From contig OZ024750.1 of assembly GCA_964016885.1 (NCBI GenBank), positions 21,080,001 through 21,144,000 on the forward strand: DNA of 64,000 bases. Direction: 5' to 3'. A program made the translations under genes and the position numbers. Positions within the stretch are counted from its first letter, which is position 1; each line of letters opens with the position of its first letter. Positions 43,911 to 58,515 of the stretch are shown in pieces. A model generated the notes under the pieces. The model did no database searches. It saw only the letters and a program-made list of their open reading frames with translations, and was not told the DNA's origin. This DNA comes from Eledone cirrhosa (lineage: Eukaryota).

Positions 43911-44822
43911 TAATAAAAACAATGAATAAACACAAAGAAACAGTTCCTTATATTAAAAAATTCATCATTTTGCGATCGTTTCTAGGATATATATGTGTGT
44001 GTTGGTATGTATATCATATAGATCTATGTAATTCTCCTTTGATTTAAACATTACCATTATTCTTTAATAACATCAAATTTTCGTGTACCTTTCACCGGCT
44101 TGACCACTTTTCATCCCCAAAGTAATCTTTTCATTCAAAGTATTCTTTCCATTCAAAACTGAAGTCTGCATTCCTCTACCCCTAAATTAAATTTCTACTA
44201 CTACTATTCTATCAACTTGACCACTTACTACTTTTCTATTGGTCAATTCAAAACCTGTTCCCAAACAGACCTATTATATTAAATCTTTGTTGGTTTTTTT
44301 CAATAAACAAATATCATTGTGGATTGGCAGTATCGGTAGAGGGTCGGACGCCATGCTTTCCAGCATAGTTACGTCCCTTAACGATCTGAGTTCAAATCCC
44401 GCCGAGGTTGACTTTGCCTTTCATCCTTACGGGGTCGATAAAATAAAGTACCAGTAATGCACTGGGTAATTGCTGGCCTTATGCCTAAAGTAGAAAAATT
44501 ATTTCTTAAGACAGCATATATATGTGTAGGTATGTATATTCCCTCTGATAGTATGTAAAATGTTTACATAGATCTATATGATATACATACCAACACCCAC
44601 ATATATCCTAGAAACGATCGTAAAATGATCAATTTTTTTAATATAAGGAACTGTTTCTTTGTTTTTATTCGTTGTTTTTTATTAATTTATCTTGACTCTG
44701 TTTTCCTGTGATTTTCATCGATAACAGTTTTGAATACATCTTCTCTTTTCATGATATTTGGATTACATTGAGTTCTTCATACGGATTGGACAGTACCGTA
44801 TATTTTTGGTAGATTTATCTAC
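43907..44822 (+). mobile_element. Family A fold-back element, second copy, interrupted by a SINE
   Basis: Left inverted arm 43907-44030. Right arm 44499-44689 with core CTTAAGA 44505-11 and GAAA-CGATCG-TA 44611-22. The tail to 44822 is homologous to 2046-2180. Confidence 0.8.
44318..44502 (+). mobile_element. SINE main family, nested in a family A element
   Basis: Full match to the consensus. Confidence 0.92.
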
Positions 44823-45374
44823 ATATATATATATGTGTGTGTATGTGTGTAAGTGTGTGTGTGTACGTGAGTGTGTGTGTAAATGTGTGTGTGTGCGTGT
44901 GTATATATATATATATGTATGTCCGCTTACACATACATACATATATATATACATGTAAACAAATATGAAATTTACACTTTCACAGAATCATAAATACACT
45001 CATGATCATATAATTGAGAAATAAATATTTTCTAGAAGTAACAAGATTATATTATTGAAATTACCTTAGCAGAAATGTAAAATATATCTCGCATGGTAAA
45101 TATAAATTGAATTTCTGAATATCATACACGGAAACGTAAGAATAGCTAACAAGGCTTCACTCAAGGAAGCTAAACGAGGCTATACACCGATAATTCATAG
45201 GAAACATCGTGTATTTATTTCATACCTCTAAATCTACGTGGACTACGTTCCTCGTTGAAACGTGTGTTGTGTGTTTTCTTGTCATTTTCTTTATAATTTT
45301 ATTTAACTTGATTATGATATTGAACCGTGCTTTCAAGTGTTTGGTTGTCCGTGTGACCGATATAATATAGTGAA

Positions 45375-45535
45375 AAGTGTAGCCAGCTATCTTTTTGCCG
45401 TCGAAACGGCATGATCTCAGCCGTCGGGCACAAAGCTCTAACCCTTTACAATACATAAACTCTACTGTCCCATGTATTGAGTACTTGCTGAGCAATCGCC
45501 CTACTAGTCTAAACTGGTAACTCACCCCTTCCCCC
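45375..45535 (+). mobile_element. Diverged relative of family B
   Basis: GCCGTC-GAAA-CGGC-ATGATCTCA-GCCG-TC-GGG, then ACTCTACTG..GTATTGAGTACTT. Confidence 0.6.
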
Positions 45536-45636
45536 TCGCTCACATTCTCTCTCTCTCTATACATATATATTTATATATATATAAGTATGTATGTATATGT
45601 ACATATATATATGTATACATACGTACAGTAGCATGC

Positions 45637-45667
<31 letters not shown>

Positions 45668-45676
45668 CAGGTACTG

Positions 45677-45707
<31 letters not shown>

Positions 45708-48700
45708 ATAAACAAATATATATATACATAAATATACACATATACACTCTCTTAGTTGAATTGTTTTCGCATTTTTTTTATTGATTCCATACACATTTAG
45801 GGGTTAATATTAATATAACGATTATATATAATTGGGAAAACGTCTTAAATGTTATTGATTATTGATCATAAGTCGTACAATGATATATGTTTTATTATTT
45901 TAGTGACGTGATCATTATTGCCGTGAGTAGACCCCAGCAGGGGTTAATATATCATTGAAAGATGACAAAATAGGATTATATTATCGCACAGCAAGGAGTG
46001 TGTATGTTGAATACGATTAGGATAAGCAATTCTATAATAGCTATGTTTTAGCTGCGTGTGTACGTTTATGTATTGTAAAGAGGATTCTACAAACTGAAAG
46101 ATGGTGGTGATGCTGGAGAATATGGTGGAGACGAAGGAAAATAAGCATTTCCAATAATTACTGTAGCATTATATTATATATTTCATAATAGATGTTCACT
46201 GACCAAAAATGTCTGGATGGAAATAAACCAAAACCAAATCGAAAATTATGAATGAATCTGAATGGTAAAAAGAGAGGAAAAGTTAGGAAGTAAGAAAGGG
46301 AAAAAGAAAGAATGTTGAAAAGAATTTCTGAGAATGAAATGAAGTGAGATGAGACCAAATATGTAAATATGAAAAGAGCATGAAGAAATAAACGCCAATT
46401 AAGAAGGGAAGGTTTTGATGGTGATGATGATACCGATGATGATGCTGGTGGTTATGATGGTGATCATGATAGTGCATAGAATGATGATACTGGATAGGAT
46501 GATGGTGCTGATGAAGGTCAGAGTTTGTTGCTGCTGATTATAAGGGTGATAGAGTTGTTGATGCTGATGCTCATAGAAACAGTTATGTGGTGTCGGAGAA
46601 GATGAGGATAGGGTTGTAGGTGGTAACGAGGTTGTTTGTAGTAGTGATGTTGATGTTAACGATGATACGTAAACGGCGGCTGTATTGTTGATACTGACTT
46701 TGTTGATTATGATGATGGTTATGATTACGAGGTATAGAGGGAGGTGGTAGAAACAATGAAATCAAGCGTGTATATTCACATTATTTGATTGACATCAAAT
46801 ATCTTATATATGTCTATCTACATTTTACTGGATGGATGATTCACTTCTCTAAACACGCTATAGTGGATTGATTATATTCTTATATTATTTGTATTATATT
46901 CTCTCTGCAAAACATCGTATATTTTATATTCCCTCACGCTTCAATAAACGCTAAATTATATTCTACGTTCAAAACAAAATATTTCGAATTACAGAAGTAT
47001 TTATTCTTCATTTAAAGATCCCAATCCTTCTAGACTTACTTTTCCGCCGTAAACATTATATATAACAGCGATTTATAGATTGCCTATGATGAACTAATGG
47101 ACAGTATAATGTAATAATCAGCAATTCGTGATCGTATTTTTAATGAAATACACTTTATTTCCCTTAATGACTGTTGGTGGATTTTATTAAGTTTGTCTGT
47201 GTTCTGCATTCTCATACTTTGGTGGAGGATCTAATCCTTCACATGGTTTAACACTCACTTAGATGGTAGATGTCTTTAGTTGTGTCCACTCAGTTGTAAA
47301 CTTTCAAGGTACGTTTTCCTTTGGAGAATAACTATCTGTTTTCATCATACTAATATCGGAGACATTGAAAAAGCGACAGGTGCGTTGCTTGTCCGCCTGT
47401 GATTGGGTCATTTAACCTTCATGATCGTATTTCTTACGACACTCATTCCACCTCAAAAATGTATATGAAAAATCGTGTGAAGCATGCTAGAATTATTATT
47501 TAACAACTCACACAGTACCTTAGCATATGGTTCTTATATAAAATTTAGATGGGAGATGTTTATTTAAATAGAAACATTTTTTTAAGTATAGCTTATTTTA
47601 TAGATCGAAGTCCAAATTTGGCCGGATAGTCATCAAAACCGTTAACTGCGGGTTTCATTCGCCCAACTTTCTAACTATCTCACTAGGCCTCAACTTTAGA
47701 GAGATACGTTAGATATTGACTCGGAAAGGATGAATGGCAAAAATGACCTCTCCTTGGGATTTGATCTCTGGACAAAAAGTCTTGGAATGTATACAGGAAG
47801 TATATCAAAAATATACAAATTAATGGAAATATTAAGGGAGGAAGAGAATCTTTTAGATTGAATCTAAAATATGACTACTATTGGGTCGTCAAGTATGGAA
47901 TTTTTTAAAATATCTTGTACAAAAAAGAAATATCTACAATGTTCATACTTGACGACACAATATTTTGATCTGTCTCACTCTCTCTTCTCTATATTTATTT
48001 AAACTTATTTTCCACTTTGACAGAATGATTAATTAATTGTCGTATATCTCAGCGTGAAGATGCTGCTTCTTCTCCGAAATAAGTATGAAATATTTAATCT
48101 GCATTTTGAAGGTCAAAGTTTACATTTGTCATTACGTTAAACTATTATTTTCTTACAAAATTTAGCGACTCAAAATGTCAATGCATCTACGAGGCCAGGA
48201 TGTCTTTCAACCCAAAGAAATTCGATAATTACTGAAATAACTGAAGGTGATCGATTAAGTAATTATTTTAATATATTTTATTCTTTCTGACTAGCGTTTT
48301 GATAGACGGTGAACATCATTGATTCAATGATGTAACATTGTCCACGTAACATTTATTTAAAGCGGACATATTTCAACCGAAATGCTTTCATTCCACTACA
48401 AGGTCAAATCAGGCTGATCAAGTGTGCATTAGATGGGGTGAAGAATTTGATCTTTTAATGCAAACCGCCATGGCATATACCTCTTTCTATTTTAAGGGAG
48501 GCTCTTACAATTCTTTTAATCTACCGCTCATGCAGTGGTAATTTGATAATTTATGTAAGAATCCTGAATGCATGGAAAGACAATATTGACCTTGACAGGT
48601 TTGGAAATGAGTGTGCAGACACCAGGAAAAAATACCGCAAAGCATTTTATGTGACATTCTAACAACGCTATTAATTAGCAGCATATAACTCATACTGCCC

Positions 48701-49124
48701 TTGAAAAAATATGGAATCATGTGTGAATCCATTTTAGGAAAAGATGGTGATTTTATGACGAGGGAAATCTAAACGGGCGTTGACATTATTGAACAGGTAT
48801 TATTTTTCATGTGTTATATATATTATGTAAAAATATAAATGGATCTCTGATAGGTTTTATTGAATAAATATACATTTTATCTTTTCCTTTCCATTGATAA
48901 TGTATATTTGCATTCTATTTCCAGAAATATACATTTGATATAATGTATTTCTAAGCAATCTATACTCGCATTTCAGTTAATATATATCCATATGTTCCTT
49001 CATTTTTAGGTGAGTTCTATATTGTGCTTGTTTAAAATGAATATATAAACCCTTTTGAAGTTTCCATTAAGACCACACAAACACCCATGCTCACGCAAGC
49101 ACTCCCACAGATACATAGATACAT

Positions 49125-49206
49125 TCACATACATACATACATACAATCATACATACGTACACACATACACACACACATATATATACACACATACATATAT
49201 ATATAT

Positions 49207-49247
<41 letters not shown>

Positions 49248-49356
49248 TATATACATATATATATATACATATATATAAATATATAACGTATATATATACA
49301 TATATATATACATATATATATATATATGTGTATATATATATGTATATATATATATG

Positions 49357-49387
<31 letters not shown>

Positions 49388-49392
49388 GTATA

Positions 49393-49461
<69 letters not shown>

Positions 49462-49496
49462 GTATATATATATGTATATATGTATATGTATATATG

Positions 49497-49529
<33 letters not shown>

Positions 49530-49700
49530 GTATATATATATATGTATATATATATGTATATATATGTATATATATATATATATGTATATATATGTATATA
49601 TATATATGTATATGTATATGTATATATGCATATATATGTATATTTATATATGTATATATATATATATGTATATATATATGTATATATATATATATGTATA

Positions 49701-49778
<78 letters not shown>
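49125..49778. repeat. ~650-bp (TA)n/(TATG)-interrupted microsatellite
   Basis: Direct inspection. Confidence 0.97.
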
Positions 49779-49784
<6 letters not shown>

Positions 49785-50400
49785 GCATTTTAAATTATCA
49801 AGCTCTTCAGAAATCGGGAATATTGATGTGAGAAATCGTAAATGTGAAAAAGAGCGCACAATAACTAGATTGTGCGGATTCATTTAACTCTTTTACAATT
49901 GTCAGTTAAATCTGGCGTTAGTCAACAATAAAATGAGTTTAATTATGTCGAATGTTTGGTGAGAATGTTAACACTGGGCCATAAAAAATATATTGTTTTG
50001 ATGTAATTATATATATATATATATATTTAGATATCTGTGTGTGTGTGTGTGTGTGTGTGTGTACACGCGCGTGTGTCCTGTGTGTGTACTGGTGTCATAG
50101 GGTATTTTCTATATGGTAGCCGAATCTATGATTATATCGCTGCAATTAGGTATGCCATAGTATAATAAATAATGCAAGAAGACATGCCTTTGGAGTAACA
50201 ATATGGTAATGCAGCGCTGTCTCCATATCAATACATACCGGTGCCTTACATAAGCAATACGTATGGATTACCTAATGTAGGAAGAACGCGTATAATAGAT
50301 TGCATCCTGGTATCATGAACTAACCATTTCACCACAGAGATACGCATTATGGATATTGTGTATTTGAAGTAGTTATGAAACCCAGCCTTAATGTATTATT

Positions 50401-50483
<83 letters not shown>

Positions 50484-50484
<1 letters not shown>

Positions 50485-50654
50485 AATAGAGTGTAGTAAG
50501 ATACCAGGTAGACCATTACGCACCAGAGTACTCAATACTTAGGTTGGTAGAGTGGGCAATAGCAAAAGAGTAAAGACCACGGCGGCTGAGCTCCGGCCGC
50601 TTCGACAGCTGGATTCGTTCGGATCTAGGCGTCTGAGTCCTTACTCTTTTCCTA
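50484..50654 (-). mobile_element. Diverged family B relative with short fold-back
   Basis: CCAGGTAGACCATTACGCACCAGAGTACTCAATACTTAGG. The right end CTTACTCTTTTCCTAT is an inverted copy of ATAGCAAAAGAGTAA. Confidence 0.65.
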
Positions 50655-50656
50655 TA

Positions 50657-50713
<57 letters not shown>

Positions 50714-50714
<1 letters not shown>

Positions 50715-51500
50715 GTTATTCCAGGTTGAATCGGAGGTAACCACAGTAAGTAAGGTACTCAATACATAGCAGAGTATAAAAGTGTTAATATAGATGAGAT
50801 TATACAGGACTAGAATTGTTTCATGCTTTAGAAATCATCAGGAATCTGGCTATCCAAAAATAAATGTGTTATTCATTTTCCGGTGGTAGGAGAGGGTTTG
50901 GGCGTGGGATGGGTAGAGGTCATTGGTTGATAGAAAGGGGAATTCATTAAAGGCTAATGCTTTAAAGCTATAAATATATATAATTGAATATACAAGAATT
51001 TCTAACTTAATATCTGATATTGTCGGCTCCGTCACGTGGAGCTAATTTAAATGTCGTGTAAACCAGGCTGCTCTTTTTAGCAGCATAGGTTTATGAGACA
51101 AGCTAAGCTCTGAAGACACGTGCGTTATTTCATATTGCACACAATTCAGTCTATCATATATTTAGAGGTGGAGGTATTGCTAATGTTTAACACCTACTGA
51201 TGAGCAGAAAATTGGTGATACATTCGGTTAATAATTTGCGAAATAGTTCACATAACTGTCTAGGTGTTTCAGGCAGTTGCCCAATATAGGTTTGTTCTTC
51301 TTTTTCTTGATTTGTTTCTCTAAATTAAGTATGTTATAGTTAGTATTTTATTCACCCCAGTCAACCTGGGCCGTTACAATTCGAACATATATTTTTCTAC
51401 TTGCGTTTATCTCTCTTGTATATTCAATTATATTACACGGGTCAGAAAAACTTCTTTCCTGGAGCTATTTAATTGTAATAGACTATTTTAAATATCTACC
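50714..51500 (-). mobile_element. Family E Penelope-like element remnant (tail, degenerate hammerhead, possible GIY-YIG remnant)
   Basis: Tail shared with 950-988. Minus-strand CTGATGA (50835-41)..GAAA-CAATTC-TA with poor stems. TYIGQ is encoded at 51277-51291. Segment 50870-50950 is homologous to 28550-28635. Confidence 0.5.
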
Positions 51501-51536
51501 TCAATATCTGATGTATATACATACATATATATATAT

Positions 51537-51611
<75 letters not shown>

Positions 51612-51614
<3 letters not shown>

Positions 51615-51944
51615 AAAGTTATATTTAGATTGTTGGGTTAACAACGAGTAAATATTTATAACTGATATAAAAGCACTCAACAAGTATTTGGAGTATATTT
51701 ATGATATTAAATAAATGGAAACTATATTTATAAAACCATATTTATTTCGTATATATATTTTTTACTGCCAAATCAACCTCCCAAATGCAAGGTGATTGAA
51801 AGGTATGTCGTATCTATTTATTTATAAGACTGTTTATATTGTATTTTGTCTGAAGAAGGCATAACATATTGTTAATATGATATCCCTGAAATATAAATAA
51901 CGAAATAAATATGGTTTTATAAATATAGTTTCCATTTATTTAAT

Positions 51945-51950
<6 letters not shown>
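51612..51950. mobile_element. Family C fold-back element
   Basis: Arms at about 51702-51760 and 51890-51949. The tail on the left is homologous to 9484-9570. (TA)n flanks. Confidence 0.75.
51844..51905 (+). ncRNA. Minimal type I hammerhead motif (family C)
   Basis: TTTTGT-CTGAAGA(51850-56)-AGGCATAACATATT-GTT-AATATGATATCCCT-GAAA(51888-91)-TATAAA-TA-ACGAAA. Confidence 0.7.
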
Positions 51951-52023
<73 letters not shown>

Positions 52024-55000
52024 GCATATATACATTTCATAAACGAGAACCTGGCCAAATTAATAAAGAAATAAAGAAAATAACAGCTATGTGGTTGTGG
52101 GGATGGGGGCGGGGTGTAGTAATCATTAAATCTCAGAACCATTAGTGCGGTATTGATCATACGCATTTGAGCATTAACACATTTTATCCTAGAGCCTACT
52201 TTTTTACCATTTAATTTCCCAGTTAGTATATATCTAGTTTTCCACATATCTGTTTCTATTCAATGTGAATGACCTATACATTTCATTTTATTTATCATTC
52301 CAAGTAACACTACAAATTAAAAGAAATGCAAATTAAAAGAAATGACAGTATATAATTAATATAGTCAGCAATTATCTCATAATACATCAAACTAATGGGA
52401 AAGCATAACTTGTTTCCATAACTTTCCTTATGCACAGCAAACATGTTGAAAATTCCCAATCAATATATTTACTTAATACAGTTTATTATTAATTCTTCAG
52501 AAGATAAAATACGACTTGAATAGAAACTATAAAAAATATTGAAATGGAGTGTTTTTTCCGTATGAGCCGTGGAGCATTTCAAATTCCTCCTACACATACA
52601 TCACACATTTAATTGCCTGTCATAATTTTGATACCAATTCGACCAAAGACGGTTATAGCTCTTTGGAATACAAACACCCATTTCACGAGTGCTATTGAAA
52701 TGAAAATCATTCAACTTAATAAATATATAAGAACTATACGCTATAATAAATAATTTTAGCAAATCATGAACTATTTCATTACCTAATTCAAAATAGAGTC
52801 TATATTATCAGATATATGGCCACAAATGGCTTAATACAAACTCTGCAAGAATAAGTTCAGCATTATCTGGCATAGAATATCTGCTATGAGCACATTTTAA
52901 AATTATTGCTTTTCGGAAATTAGATCCCGTTTACTACAAGCATTAAAACACATGCATTGTGTGTCTTCTTTATATTTTTCTGAAAGTTAAAACAAACTCT
53001 TAAATTCTTAGCCAAAAGCCTTGACCTATGATGCCAAACCTTATGCTAGTTTTATTAGCATCAAGCGACTCTGACTACAAATGTCGTTCCTGGGTTCTAC
53101 ATTATTGATTACATCTCTACATGGCACAATTCCAGCCTGTCTCCGGTCCATTCACTTAAATAATTAAAAGAATAATAGAATATAACTGAGGACCTTATTC
53201 AGAAATGTAAATAATGTATTTTTACTTTCACCACAAACTCTGTTCCATATATTTTTGTGTTGGCTGTGTAATATATCTAATGCCAAATATTGTATTTTAC
53301 TTTAATGAACTTAGATCAGCACATACGACACAAAAAAAATGTATAAAGTAAAGAAGAGATTGCTGTTTATGGAATAATCTTAAGAGACATGTATATCATA
53401 TTGGGAATATAATCAAAATTGACTGTCTTGGAAGTAATATGTTTTTCCGGCTGTCTTTTAGCTCAGGGATTCAATTGAATTCATTATAACTTTTTCAACT
53501 TTCATACATAATCAATCCCAAAATTCAATCTCTTGTAACTTTGTCCGATGCTCAACGTTATGCTGGAGTTATTCATTGATTTTATACACAAACTAAAAAC
53601 AAAAACCAAATATGAAAAATTCAAGCTACATTTTACAAACGCAAATATATGTTGATTTCCAAACGCATTCAAGCGGAAATGTAATTATTTTTCTGTTACT
53701 TTTAATTTCATAGTTCTCGATATTTCTCTTAAGTTATATTTCAATTTTCTGTTCCAATAAGATCTGAGATTAGAACGTGTAGTGTTGATTTAAAATAAGA
53801 ATCTTTAAATTATTTGGTGAATTGGTATTTATTGCGCACACAATCGTGATGGAATTCATCTGATCCACATATTCCTAGCGGGGTGCATAACCAATAAAAG
53901 ATGTTGTGGGATTTCGTATAATTTCTTGTCATTTTCAGATAACAAATATGGCGGTGGACATTTTTTTACTATTAAATGTTCATAAATCTCCATGAATTTC
54001 ATCTTGGTACGATAGGAAATTCAGTTATAAATTACCAAGTGAATTCCTTACATATTCTGTAAAAAAAATGGAGAGAAGATGTATATATATATATAATATA
54101 TATATATATAATATATATATTATATATATATAACATATATATATATATATATTATATCATATATATATATATTTATATCATATATATATTATATATATAT
54201 ATATATATATTATATATATCATATCTATATAGATGTATTATATATATATATGTGTATGTGTGTGTGTGTGTGTGTATGTGGGTGTGTGTGTGTGGGTATG
54301 TGGGTGTGGGGGGGGGGTAAGTGTATAATCTCCTGATAATTCTTTAAAAAAGGCACATTCATGATTGAATGTTCGTCTAGATAGAAGTTACGAAATACAT
54401 TTCAATATATTCTGAAGATAAAGATGAATGGGTATATTTCAAAAATTACTTTTGCGATAAAATAAAAAGAAAGAGCGTTGAAAACAGTTATATTTCTACA
54501 ATATGTGATTGACGTAAATATCTGCAGAATTTCTATGTTCCATAATTGTATTCGTGTTAATCATAAACCACTATTGATTATGATACATAAACAATATTAT
54601 AACTTCTGACAGACAATAATGATATATAGATTTCAGTTTACAATCTCTGGACAAATGTACAGCATATATGTCAGTTCGTTAACTTAAGCCTATGGATGGG
54701 TGTGTGTAAATATTTGTTTTTTAGACGAAATATCAGAGGTAAATGTGCCCATATGGCAAGAGCAACCTGTCTAGATTACTTTATAGAAATTTAGGGCACA
54801 GAATGCAGAATTCGAAATCTAATAAATTAAGTGTGAATAACCAATTTTATCCATAATTTTACCAGAGCTTGAATTGTCTGGCCTTGTCACAGATTTAGTA
54901 ACACACGTGAATATTCATCTGTTGGATATTCTGTTGTCAAAACAATCAGAATGTGTATCGTCAGTACAATTGAAACCTTTGAGCATTCTTCGAAGAAACC

Positions 55001-55793
55001 TAAATTATAATTATGGCTGGTTGGTTGGCTGGGTGGTTGATAGGTTTGTAACGGTAGGAAGTAAAGATTTGGCTGCAAGCACTTACATGTTCCTTGTAAA
55101 ATGTAGTAGCTTGTTACTTTGATCAAATTTAATATCATTCTATACTAGACAACCCGAAGTCCGATCAATTTCGTTTTGGCATATTTCTACTTATTCAGCA
55201 TATTTCTCCATAAATAATAGAAATAATTAATTAATATAAAACGATCACTGTTTCGCATAGTTTCGAGATGAGTTCGTGGTGGTAACGATGGAGAATATGG
55301 TAACGGTCACAGTTTTCCGAAGTATATTATTGGTTGAAGTGAATCTAAGTGCCTTAAATCGTAAAGTGAAACCGTCACACAATAACAGTTGGCTATAAGC
55401 TTACGGTTTATAAAGCACACACGCTACAATCCTGTTATATAGAAGTCAACATGAATAATTAAATATGTTTCTCAAAGGCATGGAACATCGTATATAAAGA
55501 GGTTGTCAAGTTAGTGTTATTGTTGAATAGATTAACGTCGTATAAGTGATTGCTATTATCTACTGGAATAATTTACACATAGACATGAACAGAGAGAGGG
55601 AGAAAGAGATAGAAATCTATATAGAGGTTCAAACATGCATCATCAAATATAGATGTGTATCAAATTCATAATCTTTGTCTGGTTTCAGCTGAGGCCTCCA
55701 CAAACATATATGAGATATAAGCATTTAGACAACCTTACAAACTGTGGCCGGTGTGAATCCTAAAAACACCATAAATATCCGCATGACTTCAAC

Positions 55794-55855
<62 letters not shown>

Positions 55856-57059
55856 GTGTCTATCTGTACGTATGTGTGTGTATGTGTGTGTGTGTATGTA
55901 TGTGTGTGTGTGTACGTGTAATGAAATAACACCTACATATTTCAGATTACTTGTTAATGATGCTACGGTTCGATATCACCATGAAAAAAATTAACATTTC
56001 TGTTACAATCAATTTCCTGTTTAGTAATTACATCCTAGAAAATATATAATCGAAATCGAAGGAAAAGAAAAACATGTTTAGAGCAAACATTTCACGACTC
56101 TCTTTCAAAACTTCTTTCAAAAGATATTGCCTTTATGATTATTATATATAACAATATAGAGACAGATACACATATACACTCAAGCACGTGCATATCTATA
56201 AATGCGTATATGTGTAGAGTTATATGAAATAAGTCCCCAGTAGGCTAAACTTCCTCATAATAGGGATATTACCATGACTTACTTGCTAGAGACATTAGTA
56301 TCCTAAATGATATCCTATAGCACGTATACCAGGTAAAGTGGCATGATGCCGCTCTGCAATAAACTCCAAGCTGTCATCCACATCCACGCTTTACTCTCAC
56401 GCTACATTTTCGATCTGGCTGCAAATTCTTTGTTTCTCAGATGTATTTATAATATTTTAGCATATACCTAAGAATATCTCATTGTTTGACCTAACCCAGA
56501 TACTGCACTATCTACTATACAGACCACATTATTTCCCAAAATATCAACGCGTTTCTTTCAGAGAACGACGGTTAATAATCAAAGAAGGCTAACTCATCAT
56601 CGTTTGGCATGATAAAACCCATTCACAAAAAATGTTTGATACTGTTTTGAAAGTCGATTGTTTATTGTTTTTGAAAAGGCCAAGAGCGGTCATATTTAGT
56701 TCATCACCGAACGAATAGTCACATTAGTACATCCTAATACGTGACTAAGTTGGGCTTTTAATTGTTCATCAAGAGATGCCAATTTATCTGTTAGTTACCT
56801 CCACAGTCTCTCAGATGAAAAGATGAGACACTACAAAATCAAATTATAATTGTTAAGGAAGTTAAGAAGACCAGCAAAGGGCAAACGATTTTCTTTAATA
56901 TATATGTTTGTTTTTTTATTTATTTGACGATACATCTTAGAGAATTAATAAATTTACAAATACGCACTATGCTAAAACATGGATTGCTAATATTAATTAG
57001 AGAATTTAATTAAACATACTTAGATTTGGACCATGCAAAGTACAAACTATATTTGATTA

Positions 57060-57229
57060 AGAGGGTCGGACGCCATGCTTTGACGCATTGAGTTACGGCC
57101 CTTGCCATTCTGAGTTCAAATTCCGCCGAGGTTAACTTTGCCTTTCATCCTTACGGGTTCGATAAAATAAAGTACCAGTAATGCACTGGGGTAATGGCTG
57201 GCCTTGTGCCAAGAGTAGAAACAATTATT
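57060..57229 (+). mobile_element. SINE main family
   Basis: Consensus match, slightly 5'-truncated. Confidence 0.9.
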
Positions 57230-58267
57230 TCATTGCAAAATAAAAGAAGCTATTGTGATTCAATAATACATCTATTTTCAATTTTTTCTCACCTGAGGTT
57301 ATTTTGTATTCAATGAAAATATTAAAGCTGTCGATAGTGATCTTTGAGTTACTCATTCTGAAGTAAGTTCATTTGGGTTACTCATCCTGCAGTATTACCT
57401 ATAGGCGTATATATTTGATAATTATAACTTATTTGATGAATATATATATCTGTAACATAATACTTTATTTCAGTTTCACTTTAAGAAACGACTAGTGGAA
57501 GCGTGGCATTAGCTGTAACATATTCGTGTACGATCTGAAATGGAGGGACTCTAAGATGACTATTTCAAACATATAAACTTGTATTTGATTTTAGCAATGC
57601 TTTACCTAAACAGAAATAATCATCATTCAGAACTTAATAGTTACACTCTAAATAAGATCCCATTCCTCCACAACAATAATTGAGGCAACCTAATAGGAAG
57701 TGAATGATGACCACAATATTTCAAAGGAAGGTAGAATCGCAATGTTGGCAACAGCGGGATTCAAAATTAGAATGTAAAGATTTGGAGAAAATGCTGCAAA
57801 GCATTTTATCCGATACAATAACGATTCGTTCGATCCATCACCCTTGCTATAACAATAGCAACAGCAGTTAACAAAAAAGGGTAATACATACTTAATGACT
57901 GTGTTTCACAATCACGAGGTTCGAGATTTGGACTCATTACATCGCACACATTGTCAACATTTGTGACTGCACTCTCAATATAACATATTTCGAAGCCCGT
58001 TAGATGAATTATTTAATCAAATTATCTCTCGTCATATAGCTAAAGTCTGGTTCTCCACATTTCAGAAGGAACACAGATATGCACATGCGCATGTTTGTGT
58101 AAGAGAGAGACAGAAAGAGAGCAAACTATTGACACAATCCAATAGGTGCAACTCATTAACACTATGAGCGTTAAAAATGAAACCAATTGCCTAAGGGGAC
58201 TAAACTTTTGTGCGATTGTCGCAACTCATCAGAGCGGATATTTGAGCAGAAGACCGGCACGTGTCAT

Positions 58268-58515
58268 TAGAGGAATACGACTCGTACAGGCTCGCCCCTT
58301 ATCTCCCTTTGATGTGGAACTCTTTTGTCACAAATGAGTCTAGAACACTTTTCTCAAGATTTTATTCCTGAAACAATGACAAACAAAGTTCTCTGTGCGG
58401 CTCTGTCCATGAGTAAGCCACGTACAAAGTGACGAAAGAGCTTTGACTTCTACCAAAGAATAGCTCCACAATATAGGGAGATAAGGAGCGAACCTGTACG
58501 ATTCGTATTTCTCTA
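58268..58515. mobile_element. MITE-like element with ~55-bp imperfect terminal inverted repeats
   Basis: TAGAGGAATACGACTCGTACAGGCTCGCCCCTTATCTCCCT... / ...AGGGAGATAAGGAGCGAACCTGTACGATTCGTATTTCTCTA, flanked by the direct repeat GTCAT. Confidence 0.7.

Noticed and set aside
48505-48800. Repeat-free ORF-like stretch
   Set aside because: Short, with no recognisable motif. It cannot be distinguished from chance.
49798-49818. Minus-strand GATTT-CTGAAGA-GCTTG next to (TA)n
   Set aside because: The rest of the ribozyme is absent.
54855-55122. Possible host exon (TTTTACCAG acceptor-like site plus 82-aa ORF)
   Set aside because: No recognisable protein similarity or clear donor site. It needs RNA-seq.
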